A DNA stretch of 64,000 nt from Lepidodermella squamata (GCA_047495785.1 JBLDXI010000015.1:2542001-2606000), one strand, 5' to 3'. Counted from the stretch's first letter, positions 49,046 to 62,300 are shown. The notes: a model not told the origin generated them from the sequence alone. Translations and numbers: made by a program.

Positions 49046-50015
49046 TTACTGGATATTTTCCTGGATCCAGTCGTGCATCTCAGAGACGCGGGTGTAGACG
49101 CCAGGATAATTCTTCTGGGCGCAGCCGTAGCCCCATGATGTGATGCCAATTTGGACGTAGGTGCCATCCTCGTTGTAGTGGACCAGAGGACCGCCAGAGT
49201 CACCTTGGCAAGCATCTATAAGAAATCGGTATTCAGAAGTTATAGGGTAGGGTATTTTCAATCTCAATTTACCAATGCCTCCCTTCTTAATATCACCAGC
49301 GCAGATGGTTGAGTCGTAGATAGACTCTTTAGGGTATGCCTTGGCGCATTCCGCGTTGGAGACGACTGGGACGTCGACTTCTTGGAGAGTGCTAGCAATG
49401 CTGCCGCCTTGGCGCATGGCTCCCCAGCCGATAGCAGTAGACCATTCGCCAGTCACATCCATGTAATCCTTAGGAGCTAGGCAGACTGTGGTTACGTTGT
49501 CTGTGAACTCAATGTCAGTTGTCAACTGAAGGAGGGCAATATCGTTCATATTCGACTTGGCCGACGCATATTTCGGGTGCTTGATAATTTTAGCGACCTT
49601 GTACGTCTTTTCGCCGGGTTCGGTTTTCGAGATGCTGTGTTTGCCGACAATAACTCGCCAAATAGAGGCGTCGAGAGTCGAGAAGCAGTGGGCTGCGCTG
49701 AGGATCCATCGGCTGTTGATGATCGAGCCGCCGCAAGTGTGAGACGTGCGTTGCAGGGTGACGATGAACGGAAATTCATTGGCGTCAGCATTTTTGCCTC
49801 CGACGATGAATGGTGTCATGCCTCTGGTCCTTGGCGACGAGACCTTGTGGCCACCATACTTGTTCATACCGCAGGTGTCCTCGCGGTTGGCAACATCTTC
49901 ACCTGTTAGAACGCGTGAATGAGAGAGAGCCTATGGTGATGTTACATGACTTACGGATGACATTAGCGGAAACGGCCCCGAGAAACAGAGCAGCAATAGC
50001 GTAGGTAAAATGCAT
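49046..50015 (-). CDS. Trypsin-like serine protease (S1A), tandem paralog
   Basis: Signal peptide MHFTYAIAALFLGAVSA, IVGG, LSAAHC, NDIALL and DACQGDSGGPL. A stopless in-frame intron precedes DAC. Confidence 0.93.
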
Positions 50016-51042
50016 GTTGGCGGTCGAAAAATCGCGGAATTGAGCTTTTTTGAGGCTTGATAGCTCTCTTTAAATAGCCAACATTATCTCCGACACTTGC
50101 CTGCCGCTCATTTATCTCCCAAAAGAAGAACTTATCACTCGAAGCGGAAACGCTAAAGGTGAATCCTTGTGTGTAGAAGTGCGAATTGAGGGCTGCCTTA
50201 TCGCTGAGACAACACGAAGCGTCTTTTTTTAAACGCATTTTGGCATACATCTGCGGGCATGGATTCAAAAGGTCAAAAGCTAGCCGTTGAGATAAAAAGG
50301 ACGGGACGCTTCTCTTCCAGCTAATCATGTTGCGGGGGTGTGGCCTTGTCATATCGCTTTTCCAGTTAACTTGTCAGAAAAGCTGCCATTTGCATTTTTT
50401 TCTCGCTCATGCTGGAGGCGGTGATAACATAGGGTAAACATTTCCGCGTAATCGGAATTCGGCTAGACCAAGAGTTAGGGTCCCAAGATGACATTTTGAG
50501 AGAAATTACTTAGCTAGAGCACCCCGCTCTAATTTCGGCCATTTAGATTTTCCAGCCAGGTGAATTTTTAGAAAAAAAAATCTGCAAACACAGAATTATG
50601 GAGGGGATCTTAATTGGGCTATCGAATGCCGCTCCCCGCAAGTCCCGATGGTTTACTCTTGATTTATGGCTCATTTTGGAGTCACCTAGACCCCCGGCCG
50701 AAGAATACTAATATCATAAGTCTGGTATCATTGGGTTCGTCTCTGAAAGCTGAAACCTCCTTTCTTGCTTTTCTCCCCGTGAGCTTGACGACGAGAAGCA
50801 TGAACCTTTAGTGTTTACGGTAACAAAGTATTTTTAGAAACGACCTTGACCTCATCGCCCATCAAAATTAATTTTGTCGCGATCACGTGGTTAAAAAGTC
50901 TTGAACCAAATTGGCTAATCAATGCAAATTTCTTGAGTCGTCTGCGAAAAAACTCCGCTCACAGTCCAAATTTCGAATCAAGGCCGAAATCAAGGCGGTG
51001 TACTGTAATTTATAAAAATCAAGTATATTTCAAAATGCTTTA

Positions 51043-51268
51043 GGCATCTTAGTCTCGATATGCAGTGTCAAAGTCCAACTACTTGTGGCTGGGTCGGTCG
51101 CGATAGTGGGGCTGGTCGGGTTGGTGGGTGTGATTTTTTCATACTATATTAATCAATTGATAGAATCGCGTGCTGCCAAGCCCCATTGATCCAATTGATG
51201 CTATCATATCGACCATCAGAGCAACACGTAGTTGGACTTTGGCTCCGCAAAATCTGGCCTAAGATGCT
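51043..51268. mobile_element. MITE-like element with ~65-bp imperfect terminal inverted repeats
   Basis: Left GCATCTTAG...CAAAGTCCAACTAC and right GTAGTTGGACTTTG...CTAAGATGC. TA dinucleotides at the flanks and no ORF. Confidence 0.6.
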
Positions 51269-51775
51269 ATACCGCTGGAATTGGAAAGTAATAACCCAGG
51301 TGTTCTATGTTTCCAGCCTTCTAAGGTGAGCAGAAGAACGGTGAAAGGCTGATTGTCCACCTTAACACGTTCAAATTCAATCAACGTGTATGTAAATCGA
51401 AAAAAATCCAGCACTCGAATCGGAAACATAGTACGATGTTTTGCCATAAATTGATCTTCACCGCCATGTTATGTCATTTTTTCATTATTTGCCGAGGATC
51501 TGACATAAGAGCCGATTGTTTCAATATCTAATCAGTCAAAATTAAGGCTATTTTAAGCAGGCTACGTTTCGTGGAAATTTCGTGAAATTGCTTTTATATC
51601 TTATCTGAAAGGTCTGTAATATCGGCATAGAGTTGTGATAGCGTAATGGATTTGTTGGCTAATATAATTCCATTAGTATGAATAATACGTCTTCCCGAAT
51701 GCTAATTTGCATGGCCTAAAAGCCATTAAATGCGAGCGATAACAAGGCCAAGAAAACGACGAAACACTGCCATTC

Positions 51776-52747
51776 ATGAGGTTTACGTCGCATAACGAAA
51801 TGCTAGCCTACAAGATTTATAAAATAGCTCTAGTCATTGCGACACATGCTTTGATTACCGTTGCACAGACATCGACACCTTCGCCAGAGACAGGTTACGC
51901 GGAGGATCCGAATTGCGGCATTAGCCCGGTATCAAATGTGAACCTACGCATTATCGGCGGAGACGAAACGCAACCGGGTGAATTCCCATGGCTGCTCAGC
52001 CTTCAATATCGCAACAGACACATGTGCGGCGCGAGCATACTCAACTCCCGATTTGTCCTCACAGCGGCGCATTGCTTCAAAGACACAGATATTAACAAAC
52101 CCAGTTCATGGCAGATAGTAGCAGGTGACCATAGCTTATCTCGTTATGAAGGAACTGAGAGGACGATTTCGGTGTCAAAAATTATGATTCATATGCAATA
52201 TTCCAGCTCAACAAACGAAAATGACATCGCTGTGCTGAAACTCTCGTCCTCCTTAAAACCATTCAACACGAGGATCTCTACAATTTGCATTCCAAATGCC
52301 TCAGACCCTGCTCTACCCGCCCTTACCCCTGTAACAGTAGCCGGCTGGGGAGTTATCGACGTCAGCTCCGGCGTGTCTTCGGATGCATTGAAGAAGGTCG
52401 ATGTGGTTGTGTACAACACAACGAAGTGCAGCAACATCTACAGCCGGCTGGTTTCAGGCGCGACTGTTGTCCCACAAAGCATGATGTGTGCGGGCAGTCT
52501 TCAGGGCAATAAAGACTCGTGCCAGGGCGATTCTGGCGGGCCGTTGATGCAGAAGCGGGATGGTCGCTGGGTTCAGGTCGGAGTTGTGAGTTGGGGCGCT
52601 ACATGCGGGCGGCCACTGCTTGCTGGGGTCTACAGCCGGGTTGCGCCTTACCGTCAATGGATCGAAGAAACGATCGCTAGAAACGGGAGCTCCCAATTGC
52701 AATTCTTTTCTTTCGCCATTCTTTTGCTTTTACTGCTATTTACATGA
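51776..52747 (+). CDS. Trypsin-like serine protease with C-terminal hydrophobic (GPI-signal-like) tail, intronless
   Basis: R|IIGG, LTAAHC, NDIAVL and DSCQGDSGGPL. Tail NGSSQLQFFSFAILLLLLLFT. The true start may be the second Met (51799). Confidence 0.93.
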   Translation: MRFTSHNEMLAYKIYKIALVIATHALITVAQTSTPSPETGYAEDPNCGISPVSNVNLRIIGGDETQPGEFPWLLSLQYRNRHMCGASILNSRFVLTAAHCFKDTDINKPSSWQIVAGDHSLSRYEGTERTISVSKIMIHMQYSSSTNENDIAVLKLSSSLKPFNTRISTICIPNASDPALPALTPVTVAGWGVIDVSSGVSSDALKKVDVVVYNTTKCSNIYSRLVSGATVVPQSMMCAGSLQGNKDSCQGDSGGPLMQKRDGRWVQVGVVSWGATCGRPLLAGVYSRVAPYRQWIEETIARNGSSQLQFFSFAILLLLLLFT

Positions 52748-53065
52748 CAAGTTTGACTCATACACGACGTAATAAAGTGATTCTTTCTTTGTTCCAAGTT
52801 ATTGCTGAGTTTGCGAATTTTTTCTTTCTTTGCAAAGGGAATCGATGGCCATAGAGAACGCGTCTCCATGTCGATGGCTTTTGAATTCTTAGATAAATCA
52901 TTAATTAGCCAGGCGTCGCACATCATTGATCACCCAGCGTTTTAGTAATTTCGTTTATTTTTAAGTAAAATACCCAACATTTAACGGCTGGTTAATTAAT
53001 AATGGATAAGTGACGAAACGACTTTCAGTCAGAAGGAGTATGCTTGTTATTCACAACACAAAAGA

Positions 53066-55501
53066 ATGAAGTCTGTTGTAGCCTTGACTCTCGTCATTGC
53101 GAGTTGCAATGTTGCGACCGCTGAGTTTATCATGAGAGGCCAGTGTGCCAGCTACTTTCAAGCGCAAGATGTAGCAATCAACTTGAACCTTAACGACATA
53201 GCCCTGAATTTGTATGTGATCCAACCGGGACGAATATCGGTTACCAGCCAGGAGCAATGCCAAGTCAAGTGCCTAGCAACGAGACAGCCCCCATGTCGTT
53301 CAGCTTTCTTCCAGCCGGAAAGCTCAACTTGCTGGTTACTTCGAGCTGACAAGCAAACAGCCCTGGATTTTGATCGAGTCGAGGGTAATGTAACCTCAGG
53401 AATTTTGATCGCTCCTCAGACGATAAGTGACGGTGTTGCGGATCGAGTGGCCGGAGTCGCGAATTGCGACTCGTATTGCCCGGCGGTTACTACACCGTCT
53501 GCAGATTCTATCAGTCCAGTCTGCATCCAGGATTGTCCCGATGCGGCGCCGTATTGTGCAGGTAGCACTTGAACATTGTCACCGTGTAGTTTTGAAGAGT
53601 TGTTAAGGTGAACTTTCTTCATGCTTCGATTACCCACGTCGAGTCACCGTGCTGCAAACAGGAACGAATTTCGCGATTCGCCCTGGAAATGCGATGCCTT
53701 ACAAGCTCTGGGTAAGGGACCTCCAGTAAAATTTGACTTATTGAGACCTAATGTTATCTTTTCAGAGCTTGACAGTTAGCAAGAAGCATGATTTCACGCA
53801 TATGCGAATCATTCTCAACATCGCACATTGGGCACATTATAACTACTACACGCAGTGTTGCCCCTACAACGACGGTTACATCTACGCTGCTATCAATGGC
53901 GTGAACTGCATGGGCGAGGACAACCAGCTTCATGTTTTGCAAAACGAATACAGCGACACTCATAATAGCGACTATTTCGGGCTCAGTTTCCACGGCGAAT
54001 TCACGTGCACTTGGTCCGAAATCCCGGCTGGAACCTACACCGTTCAGTTTTATTTCGACTTTCGCGCCTGGTCAAACACGTTTGGAGGAGGCCATGACCT
54101 TGGCGCCAGTCTTTCTGGAGTCTTGTCCCCTACATTCATTTGGCTCGAAGAATACGTTCCTTCGAAATACCTGTTCAAACTTGGTATTGTTTCGGCAAAT
54201 ACAAACTCCGCCTTAAAATTGTTCTCATTTTTCTCAGACGATACTGCGCGATGCCCAAGTGCGACGGTATTCAACACAGTCTCAAAGCAATGGAGTAAGA
54301 ACACTAATTACGATGGTCGCCAGCCAGGTCCCACAAGGACAGACTGGGTAAATAATTCTGGCATAAAATGTCAAACTAATCCCCGAATCAACTGACTATG
54401 TAGGTAATCTGGAAGTTCAAGAAGAGATCCGATACTTCTGTGCTTCGCATTTATTGGACTGCAGTTACCCATTATAATGCCTATAATCGATGCCTTCGCT
54501 TCTACGCTACCATCAACGACCGCCACTGTTCCAATCCATTCCCGCTTGAGACTTCAGTTCGTGAAATCACGTATAACACAGTCCTCAACCGGGTTGGACC
54601 GTACGGCTACAGCTTTGAACGTATTAAATTTCAAAATTCAACATGCCAATAGGGTAACTACATTAATCATTTCAGTTGACGGAATCTGCCGAGGTTTGTC
54701 AGCGGGAAAGTACGATATTGCAATCTGGTGGGACCACGCTTGCATTAACTACACTGATGGCGGGTCGGCCGATGGTATCGACGTCGGGCGTAACAAGCCT
54801 TCCAACATGTTCGTTGAAGAAATCAACGAGAATGTACCGATTAATGCTCGTAAGAATATCAATTCAAGCATCAACTTGATTTCAAAATCTTTATAGTTTT
54901 GACCTCCGATGGATCTGTCCAACGTTTGCCGTACTACAACCGGCAGTACTATGTTTTCCGAGATGGTTGTAGGGACGTCATCTCTGCAGCCTGTTTCAAT
55001 CCTCTATTGGTAAAATTTGAGAGTGAACTTGGGCGAATTGTTAGATTTTATTTATGACAGACGAGGGTCTACAACAAATTGCAAGACAAATCAGCTCTAC
55101 ATGTCAGATGGTACGGAGTACAAGAAATGTGTACTGGGAGTGCAATCGGACAAGGAGATAGCCCTAGGTGGTATATCACCATCAACGGCGCTGATTGCTC
55201 GAACCCGACTCGAATCGAGTCTTGGTGGCACTACAATGCACCTGCTTTTGGCATATGTCGAGCCGTTCCCCGTGTTGGTAAGTCCATTTTCTTAAGATGG
55301 CTTAGGAAATAGCAATAATTACATTCATTTTTTTAAGTCGAGGGAATATGCAAGATGCCAATACCTGCCGGACCTGTTACGCTAAGCCTTTTAGTCGGTG
55401 ACACTCTGGCCGGCTGGGGCACTCGAACGAAAACCCTTGGAGCAACATTGGGCGGTACATCCTATTTGATGGTAGAGGAACTATACGATGGTAATTTATG
55501 A
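53066..55501 (+). CDS. Secreted PAN/apple plus three tandem CTHRC1 C-terminal-like domains (no collagen repeat)
   Basis: Signal peptide and PAN (CQVKC..CRSAFF..CWLL). Three repeats of the CTHRC1 pattern, e.g. SALHVRW...RWYITINGADCSNP...VEGIC...MVEEL. Confidence 0.8.
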
Positions 55502-55857
55502 ATGAGACAAAACTCGACTTTAATTCGTGTGATTTGTTAATTGTACTACGACGATTCATGAGTAAAGATTTTTCTGACTCGGCACGGACGTACTCTGATG
55601 TGTCCTGTTAAATTGTTGATGGCACGCAGGAAATGAGCATTCGAGCGCGATGAGCTGTTCCTGTAGGAACGCCGCACAATCCCTATAATAATGCGTAATA
55701 TCGCATCTTCTCACACTATTGCAATATGACCCACAGCCAAGTGGGCGTCGCATCTTTTAGCTCTCTGAGTTCAAGCTAAATCCCACGGTGACGATAATTC
55801 AAATATTACTTGATTTATCGCGCAAACTATCGCTTATTTCAGTCAAAACGCTTGCGT

Positions 55858-56293
55858 ATGATGAGACGATTTTTACACATTTTTTTATTGGGTGCAGCGG
55901 GTCTTGCGTTTTTATCTATGCAAGTTGAGGGAAGCCTAGGGCGATATCATGATAGGTCTTACTTGGACCCGAATCGCTCAACCTCCACTGCTACCCCAGA
56001 ATTCACAACGACTGCACCAATAACGATCTCGCAAGCAGACACAGCCGCGAGGATGAATGAAATCAGTATTTTTTCCATTTTTTTCTTTTAAAAATATTCA
56101 ATATATCGATCCAACAGAGCAGCTATTTGACACAATTGTGCGAAGAGGTGATGTAAACGAGATGGAGAAACTTGTCGCAACAATTATGGCATCAAAGAAA
56201 TTCCGCAAAACAGCGGCTTGTCTCGACCAATTCGGCGGAAAATCAGCTCGGGCAATTCCGATAATCTCAGTTTTATGCGTCAAATCTTCCTAA
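55858..56293 (+). CDS. Small secreted peptide precursor with C-terminal Cys ring (family member A)
   Basis: Signal peptide and phase-1 intron 56066-56117. Ends KKFRKTAACLDQFGGKSARAIPIISVLCVKSS*. A paralog lies at 62406. Confidence 0.8.
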
Positions 56294-56396
56294 AAAATTG
56301 CGAAGTTATCAGAAAAAAATGTCAACATTTATTTGATAATTTTCGTCAAGATGAAAGCTCCACTCAGTAGAACAGTAAAATTTGTCAGTTTCTTCT

Positions 56397-59329
56397 TCAA
56401 TAGCGGTCTGATTTCATGATGTTTGTGTTGTACCAGTCAAAGACACACGAATTTGCGCTTGAAAACTGAGCCATCAATCGATAGGTTGGTTTCATAGCGT
56501 AAATCGAAGCTGTCTCACCGAAACCGCCATTAGTAATCACAAGCCAATCCATTTGAGTCAAAACGACCCAATCAAACACTTCCAGCGCTGCTTTTCTCCA
56601 GTTATCATCCGAGTAATTAGGCGAATCTTCCAAGGCTCCAGTTGTAGCAATCACTTGTACGTTGTTTAAGCCATTCAGTCCAGTTCGAAGTGAGGCTATG
56701 ACCCGATTATATTGGTCGTTGTCTTCCTGATTACTTAAATCAGTAGTCACAACCACGAAAATTGACTTGGTGACAGATTCTTTTTTGGCCCGAATTTTCT
56801 CCAAAATAATGTCTTTAACCTTGCCGGAGAAGCATTTCCAGACTTCATCAGTCAAAACAGGGCATTGGCTCGATTTTGAGGATTGGCAAGTTTTGACCTG
56901 GACCCCAATTTTGATCGACTCATCACTGATTTTTTGGTCAGATTTCCATTTTCCCACAATTTCCCTGAATTGAGTTTGAAGATTGCCGAAAATAACTCGC
57001 ATTGCAGCACTGAGGTATATGGCGTGATTCACGTTGCTTTTGTACTCTGGCAGGGTAGAAATAGCTGAATGAAGATACGTGTGGAAATAGGTCACTCGGA
57101 AAATTGGCTCCAGCACAAATTTGCCCAGACTTGATGTGATAACCAGCACATCAGCTTTTTGCCTCAGCTCCATAATTCGCCATTGATTCAGCATGCTAAT
57201 AACTGGGTAGTTGTTCGTGAGATCGGCTTGAACGTAAAGAGGCCTGTATGATGACTGCATTAGATCGGCTTCGTACTGTTTCGCAGTAATGTTGTACCAA
57301 TTTTCGTTTGATAGGAAGAAATTTGCTGTCATGTCAGCTGGGTCTGTCCATTGCATGCCGAAAATACGATCAGAGACTATCGCCAGGTATAATAGGGTAG
57401 CAGCTCCCCGAATTCGATCACCAAAACCGCCGCATAGCTCATCAGGCCCACACCGGTAAATCAGAAACTGAAAAACAAAGAAATAACATTAAGGGACAGA
57501 TGACTAGTTTTTGGTTTTTATGAAGCAAAAACAGGGTTCCGAAAACATTTCAATTTTTCGGCATGAAAATGAGAATATTCCCAACTTAAAAATGGTTATA
57601 GGTGAAATATGCAAGGTCCATAAAATCGAACATTTGAAAACCCGGAAATTTGACTCAACCTTAAGGCCGATTCCTTACCGAGCCCTAACCCTAACCCTAA
57701 ACTTAACCCCGAATCCTAACCGAGCCCCACCCTTACCGCAATGCCAAACCTAACCCTAACTCTAACCCTAATCCTAGCCAGAACTTAGAACCCTAACCGA
57801 GCCTTAACCTTAACCCTAACCCGAACCCGAGCCCCTAACCCTATCTTCTCATCATCGAGCTGAAAACACAATTTTATGACAGAAATATGTATGAAAGATT
57901 AGTATTATGTCTATTGAATCACTTCGTAAAAAACACAGATGAAAAAATGAATGAAAAAAAATTAAAAAATCCTCCTTAAAATGTCAATTTTTAGTGAAAT
58001 CACCCAGGAAGACTAAGTTGCATGTAATCCTTGAAACTTTTTCAAAAAGCCTACCTGTAGACGGTAAGAATGAGGCCGTTTGATGATATCAGCTCGTTTT
58101 TTCATGTACTTCATCCGCATTTCCATCGCAATTTTCTCAACCATTTTCTCGCGGTACCGCAACGCCCTCTCATCCGCTGTTTCCTTCGCCCACACAGGCC
58201 CCTCTTGTATCCGATCATCGAACTGTATTTTTATAGGGTAATACGGCAGATCTGGTATGCTCTGGGCGAAGCAGTAATTCGGGTTGATGAACTTGGTCGG
58301 ATGCTTCACCTTGGCGTAGTAATAATTGAGTAATTGATGAAACTCCGGCTGTTCGAGGTCAGGGTCGTCATTTCTCGATTTAGGCGTATAGAAGCAATCA
58401 CTCAAAACCTGGCACATTTTCGCGATTTCAGCTGTCTCACCTGCGAAATACTGAGTGGCATAGTAGAACCTTTCCTCCTCAGATTTCACCGCGACATAAG
58501 CACAGCTATCTTTCCGCCGGTCGTAGGGAAACAGCGTATTTTCGCGAAACGTGTAATAAGCCGGGTGTAACACGGCGACAAATGGCCCGAGCAGCTCGTC
58601 GATAACGTTAGTTTGCTGTAGCACAGACATGCGGCCGTCGAACGACATGACGTAATCAAAGTGCGCCGGGTCAAAGTAATTAAAGCGGCGCGCGTAGTGC
58701 GCGTAAATACGGCACGGATTAGCCGCGTAACGCGCACGCTCTTTCGCGCTCACGTCCACCCTAACAAAACTGCCGTTTTTCGAGTCCTCCAGCAGTGATG
58801 ACGTCACTGCGGTATCGGTAAACAGGAAGTAAGTTGGCTCGAACGTGTCCGACGAGTGATTAACAGCGGATTTCCAGCGGAATTGAACGCGCGCCGACTC
58901 CCAGAACTGAATTCCTCTGCCCGCGCCGTTGTCAATGACTAAAATTGCGATTTTCCGCGTTTTACCTCTCACGCCTTTCGTAGTTGGCGCTTCGAGTAAA
59001 ATATGCTCCACTTTCTCCACTTTCTTCGTAGTTTGCGGGAGGGTGATCAGTTGCTGTTTAATCAATTTCGCGCCAGTTTCGTCGTTGGAAATCACAAGTG
59101 GGACATTGATTGATTTCAGCGTTGTAGTAATAGCTTCATCTGCCGATGTAATGAGGTCAAACGCCGGATATTCGTGATGAATTTGCCCATCAGTGGCGGG
59201 TTTGAGTTCTGCGGATCCTGATGGCGTAAGCCATAGTGAAATTAAGGCGAATAACAGCAGGCCTATCGAGATGATTGCGAGCCACCAGCGCCTCCTTAAT
59301 CGATGGAAACAATAACGAAGGGCGCGCAT
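56397..59329 (-). CDS. Type II membrane fusion protein: GT6 (ABO-like) domain plus GT-B fucosyltransferase-like domain
   Basis: Exon 59329-58055 carries the TM anchor, TYFLFTD and VAVLHPAYY..FPYDRR..AYV..FYY. It joins in phase 0 via intron 58054-57468 to exon 57467-56397 (CGGFGDRIRG, IGVQV, FVVVTTD, DWVVL..GGFG). Confidence 0.82.
57683..57843 (+). repeat. Degenerate (CCCTAA)n telomere-like tract, intronic
   Basis: CCCTAACCCTAACCCTAA plus variants (CCTTAA, CCCGAA, CTCTAA) over ~160 nt. Confidence 0.75.
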
Positions 59330-62300
59330 TCACTGATGATTGCGCTCTAGCTCATTTTCAGAATAAAATGATCAGCAGTAGATTCGTAAAAAAAATTTCC
59401 GCAGCATTTTCTAAATGAAAAATAACGAAAAAAGTTAAAAATTCTTGAAATCCCGCGCTGAGGAAAGAATGCTATGCCAAAATTGTTCCGGAACCAAAAT
59501 TAAAAACTTCTGACGTAAAACGCAAAATTCGAAAGTGCCAACATTTTAAAATATCAATTTAATTGCCCCACAATTATTTTTTTACAAATTGGTCGTAATT
59601 TTTCTGTTATTCGGCAGTTTTAAATATTTTTCCTGAAAATTCCGAAAATTCGTAATAATTACTGGGAAATTTCTGGATTATCCCGAAACAGACCCTCAGT
59701 AATAAAAAATATTATAATGATTTTGCGCACCAATTTTCGACCCGCATGAAAATAGCGCGAAAATTTGGCAAACCAGCATAATAAACAGGCGTGTTGTATA
59801 ATTTTTTGTTCAATATTTGTTGCATCGCTAGCGGCGTTTCACTCTGGAACAACACGGCTGATTTTGTAAATAATATGAATGCAAAAATAAGGCGAGGATT
59901 TTTCAAACCTCATAGCGCGACACACAGCATATGCACCGAACAAATAATAATAATAACTAGTATAACAAAAGAAGAGAGACGAATCAAGACAAAGCTTTTA
60001 CTACTATACACTTGCTGTTAATGGTCGTTTGCTATATAACCTACATATAACGGGTTGAGAATTAAACAAAACTGTTATTTATATTACATTAGAATATACC
60101 AGTAATATAAAGTAAACCGTGGTACACCGGGGACAAGTGCAGTATAGTGAAACTTGCGAGAAGTGAGCATATATAACGGGGTCTTTGTGGTGTAGGTATA
60201 CATATTTTTCTTTACCTAATTGTTATACCTGCATGCGTGAAGGCGCCGCGTTGGTTCCGTGAATGGTGGCATATATAAATGCGCGCGTGGGCTCTTGGCT
60301 CTTCTCGCTTCCGGATGCGGCTTATTCAGGTGCCGCACGCACATTGCACAGATGCGCGCGGCCTTTTCTGTAATTGCGAATATAAGTGATCTCTTCGGTT
60401 ATTTTAAGAGGCGTAATGCGTGTTCAGGCGATAACACCTTGAAAGCAACTATATTAGTAGCATTTAAATACAGGCTTTTAATGTACTAAACAAGTTTTCC
60501 AACTACAGGTACAGACGCAAAAAAATGAGGCGATTTTTTTCAGTTTTTCGGTGCAGTAATTTTTTTGTTTTATACGGGCAACAGGTGGTAATTTTATTGA
60601 CTCAGTCTCAGCCTTTACGGTCGCATTGTTTTCGCAGTAATAGGAAACAATGATGACGAGTAATAATTATTTGAACGCAAGAAGATGAGGTATAAGCTTA
60701 CATAAGCATTAGGATGAGTTAAGCGTAGAGTCGAGAATGGGCCAAAATTGTGAGCCTCGATATCTCGAAAGCTGGTGTTTTAGAATCAAATAAATATAAA
60801 CGGAATAAAAATAGCTTTATACTGCGTGTTCCATAAGTAACGCAAGGAAAGAATATACACGGAAAAGGGTTCATCATCATCATCAGAACCTCAAACATAA
60901 GAGAAGTCACATCTCATGGCCAGAAATTAAAAGAAAATTAAAAAAATTATGCGAATAGTAATCAAGTCTGCAACTTGTTTGGGATTAAGGAGTCCGGAGA
61001 AATTTGTCCAATTGGGTCCAATTTTGTCCAACTGGGTAAAATACCGGAAATTACCGAACCAGTTACCATCAGGATTTTCCGGGTTTTCTCCGGTAATTTT
61101 TTATTTCCTCGGTTAAATCGTGGATAAAAGATGAAATATTCTCTCGATATTTATAATAAAAGTTGAATGTCCTACACACAGTTGCCAAATTTAAATTTAG
61201 ATGCGCAAATTCTGGGACATGTGCTTCCTTTTCGTTTTCGTCATTTTCCAGGATATTTTCCGAGTTTAAGGGAAATTGACCAGTGAAGCGAATGAAACCG
61301 CTGAAAATACAATTAAAGCCATGGGGCTTCAATAGCGTAATGTCAGAAGTGTTAGCACGTGGTTAAAGAAATGACTTAATAATCAGCCAGAAAAAATAAG
61401 CCACTGTTAAAATTTGGCTGAAGTTTAATTGTAAAAATGAAAATCAAATTCGAAATTATACTGGCTTTCGGCCGAAATCTGATCGCACTTATAACGCCTT
61501 AAAACCGGCGCTTACGGCTAGAAACAGCCAAATCGATTTATTCTAGCGGCCATTATCGGCTAAGATTACATATGATCGCTATAGCCAATTAATCACTGTC
61601 ACAGCTCAGCATCAAAAATAAAGCAGACAACAGGCCTTCAAAGCTCTCTCCTACTGTTATATCAGCTGCTTAACCGGCCAAAAGAGAAAGGAAGTATTAT
61701 ACTTTCCTCTCGGTCAAGTTATATTATTTATGCATAATTTTCCAGAAAATCCTGTTTTCAATCGATAAAAATAGCTGATGCAGTGGTTATCGATCGATTC
61801 GAGAAAGTTGCGCAGCTCAGGAACGACAAGCATGGCTCGAACTTCCGGATTTTCCTTTAATGATTCACTTTCATTTCATAGCTTATAAGCTGACCGCTCT
61901 AGTTTTATCACATTATAGGACAACATCATATTATTTAATCATGAATAACGCCGATGAGGTAAATCTTTAACAAGCTTAGGTCATCTGTGCGTAGTTATTT
62001 AATCAGCCTGAGGCTAGGTCAAAAATGCGGACGCACCTGATTTATGAAAGCTGATTTTATGTTGATGACTTTAATTATCCAAAAAATTGGCATTTAGCTG
62101 GTTTCTGAACTCAAGCGGTTTGACTTGTCTGTTTATCGCGCCGGAAATGTCCGGAGTATTCGATAACCGTTTATGTCACTCGCTGGGATGAAAACCCGGA
62201 AGTTTTTCTAAACATAGTAATACCCCTGCTTACGTGATAGACTTTCAATTAATCCGGCTGATTATCCCGCGGCTAGTTCGCTGAAAAAATTAAACAACTT

